Shown here: piece by piece, positions 61,808 through 64,000 of the stretch
Layout of the letters: the number at the start of each line of letters is the position of its first letter
How positions within the stretch are numbered: the first letter of the stretch is position 1
Source: Cyanophora paradoxa CCMP329
Lineage: Eukaryota > Plantae > Glaucophyta
Reading direction: 5' to 3'
Assembly: GCA_004431415.1 (NCBI GenBank)
Contig: QPMI01000582.1
Location: 62,001 to 126,000 of the forward strand
Length of the DNA stretch: 64,000 nucleotides
Program-made: the position numbers and the translations under genes
Notes under the pieces: generated by a model
Databases searched by the model: none
The model's input: the letters and a program-made list of their open reading frames with translations, nothing else
What the model was told of the DNA's origin: nothing

Positions 61808-64000
61808 ATGTGGGGTGTACGAGCGGCCGCAGCCGCTGCCCTCAGCGTCGCTCGGCGCGCTCTACCGGCCAGGATAAAGCGGTGGGTGTTGCCTTCCGTC
61901 CCGCTCGACTGGTCGGGCCCTTGACCGCATCCTCCACCTGCAGATGGGGGAGACGCGCATGGTGGATGGCGCTGGATCCGGACGATGGCGAGATCCGTGC
62001 AGCAGATGAACAGAAGGATCCCGCGGACAGCCCAGCGTCACCGGCGAGTTCGGCCGGTGCGCCCTGTTCGGACGAGCCCAGCGACCGCCCTTCCCAAGCT
62101 CACGTACGGCCCGCGATCTCAGCGGGCGACGCCTCGTCACCGCCCAGCAAGCCCGCGGACGGCATGGCCAAGCCGGAGCTTAAGCTGTTCCTGCCGAAGT
62201 GAGACCCCTGCATGCGATTTGGGCGCCCGTGCCGGGCCGACGCGCCGGCGCGCAGCGACGAGGGGCTGAAGCGCTTCTACGTCATCGTATTCATCTTTTC
62301 GACGTACAATATGGTCATCATCCCTTTCCGAGCGTGCGCCCCGCGATCGCCCCGCCCGCCCGCCCCTGCCGCCCGCGGCCGCCAACGCCGGCCGCTGCGC
62401 AGTGCCTTCCTGTACGACGAGGCGCGCCGCGGCCGCTCCCGCCCCTGCGGACGTACAGGCGGAGGCGGGGCGCTGATGGGGGGCGGGGCGGGCAGGCGCC
62501 GCACGGGGTGTACCTGGTGCTGGACTACGCGGGGGACGTCGTCCTCTGGGTGCACCTCTACCTCGGCTTCCGCACCTGCTACCACGACTCCGACGGCATG
62601 TGGGTCGAGGACCCCGCCAAGGCCCGCCCCCGCCCCCGCCCCGCCCCTGCCCCGCCCCCGCCTCGTCCCGACCCCCCGCCGCCCCGCAGATCCGGGCGCA
62701 GTACGTGCGCTCGGCGGCCTTTATCGCGAACCTGATCTCCCTCATGCCGGGTGAGAGCGCCGCGCCCCCGGGCCCCCGCCGGCGTGACGGGCGCCCGGCA
62801 GCGGACCTCTTCGCCCTCGCCTTTGGCTGGAAGCACTACGTCCTCCTCCGGTGCCCGCCGGCCCCGGGCCCCACGCGGCCCCTCTGAGGTGGACGGGGGC
62901 CGGCCGGCAGGCTGTTCCGGTTCGCGCGGCTCCCGTGGACCCTCCGCCTCCTCGAGATGTGGGAGTACGGCGCCGTGCGCCCCGCCCCCCCGCCAGATGA
63001 TCGCCACGAAGCGAGGCAGCGAGACGCCCACGCGCCCGCTCCGCTCGCTTCGCAGTCCTTCTCGAACTACGTGCGCCTGCTGAAGTCGCTCATCATCGTC
63101 GTCCTCATCATCCACTCCATCTCCTGCCTCTACCGCGGTCCGCCCTACCCCTCGCGCCCCCTCAGCGCCCCTCCTTCTCCGCCCTCCGACGCGGCGGCAG
63201 CGGTGGCGCTGGCGGCGCACGACCCGGAGGCGCTGGGGGCGGCCCCCGACGGGCCGCCCCCGGACCTCGCCATGCAGTACATCCTCAGGCCCGCCCGCAC
63301 GCCCCCCCGGGCTCAAGAGCGCTCCGAGCCCCAACGCCCAGCACGCGAGGCTCCTTCCCGCCTCGGCTGTGCCTCCTGACGCCGCGCGCAGCGTGATCTG
63401 GACGATGGGGACGCTCGCCGAGAACGTGCCCCCTCCTCCCCGCCGCCTCATCTGCCTGCGCCCCGCCGGGGCTGACGGGGCCGTGGCGCAGACGGGGAAC
63501 CCGCCCCGCAACCTCAGCGAGGCGGTCCTCACCGCCTTCGTCATGTGCGCGCCCCGGGCCGGTCGGGAGCGCCCTCGCGGAGAGGGGGCGCGACGTGGGG
63601 GCGGGGCGGGGGCAGGTTCCTGGGGTTCTCGATGGTGGCGGCGTTCATCGGAGGGACGTCGGACCTCATCTCGAACATGAACGCCGCCGAGGTCTCCTTC
63701 AAGGAGAAGATGGACATCGTCTCCCAGGCCCGGCCCGGCCCCCCCGCCTCTCAACCCCTCCCGGCCCGGCTCCTCCCGCCTGAGCGGGCGGGGCGGGGCG
63801 CAGTTCATGTCGTACCGGCAGCTGCCGCCGGAGCTGCAGCGGAGGATCGTGGGGTACCTGGAGTACATGTGGCGGCGCCAGCGGGGCATGGACGACAAGG
63901 AGATCCTCGCCGAGCTGCCCCCGCACCTCCAGGTCCCAGGCGGCCCCCGCGCGCCCCGCGCGCCCGCGCCGACCCCGCGGGGCGCGCGCAGGCGGAGATC
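61808..64000 (+). CDS. Cyclic-nucleotide-gated / KCNH-like six-TM cation channel, partial (runs off window; start uncertain)
   Basis: YNMVIIPFR, LYLGFRTCY, IRAQYVRS..LISLMP|ADL, S4 LLR|LFRFARL, IHSISCLY, C-linker FKEKMDIV..FMSYRQLPPELQRRIVGYLEYMW..ILAELPPHLQ. Confidence 0.88.

Overview
Eukaryotic nuclear DNA in two very different parts. (1) 1-18386 is a head-to-tail tandem array (about 1.6 units visible, period about 11.24 kb, copies nearly identical) of a minus-strand Helitron2/Helentron-type rolling-circle element. Each unit carries internal 216/~291/~298-bp repeats, an AT-richer spliced cargo gene with a G3BP/Bre5-like NTF2 domain, and an intron-containing HUH-Y2 Rep gene. The Rep gene stops right after the Rep domain (no Pif1 helicase) and is joined to the next unit within 2 nt of the centre of a 29-bp palindrome. 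A 424-bp hAT-type MITE follows. (2) About 19.4-64 kb is extremely GC-rich, gene-dense host DNA with many short introns, frequent GC-AG donors and a GYSCGC donor consensus. It holds two divergent PPR-like genes, organellar peptidyl-tRNA hydrolase, an acylated Zn-finger protein, PABP, two head-to-head CorA paralogs (AMN instead of GMN), an EFCAB5-like GAF protein, a thioredoxin, an RluA pseudouridine synthase, an ADP-ribosylglycohydrolase with a CBM20 inserted inside it, a GH35 beta-galactosidase, a small bacterial-like protein, CDK8, an MPPE1/Cdc1 metallophosphoesterase and a partial CNG/KCNH-like channel. A Phe-containing transit-like peptide, flagellar-type genes and a CBM20 suggest a flagellated archaeplastid such as a glaucophyte (inference only). 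Gene models were spliced by eye; several apparent frameshifts sit in homopolymers and are probably sequencing errors. All family calls are from motif recognition, not database searches.
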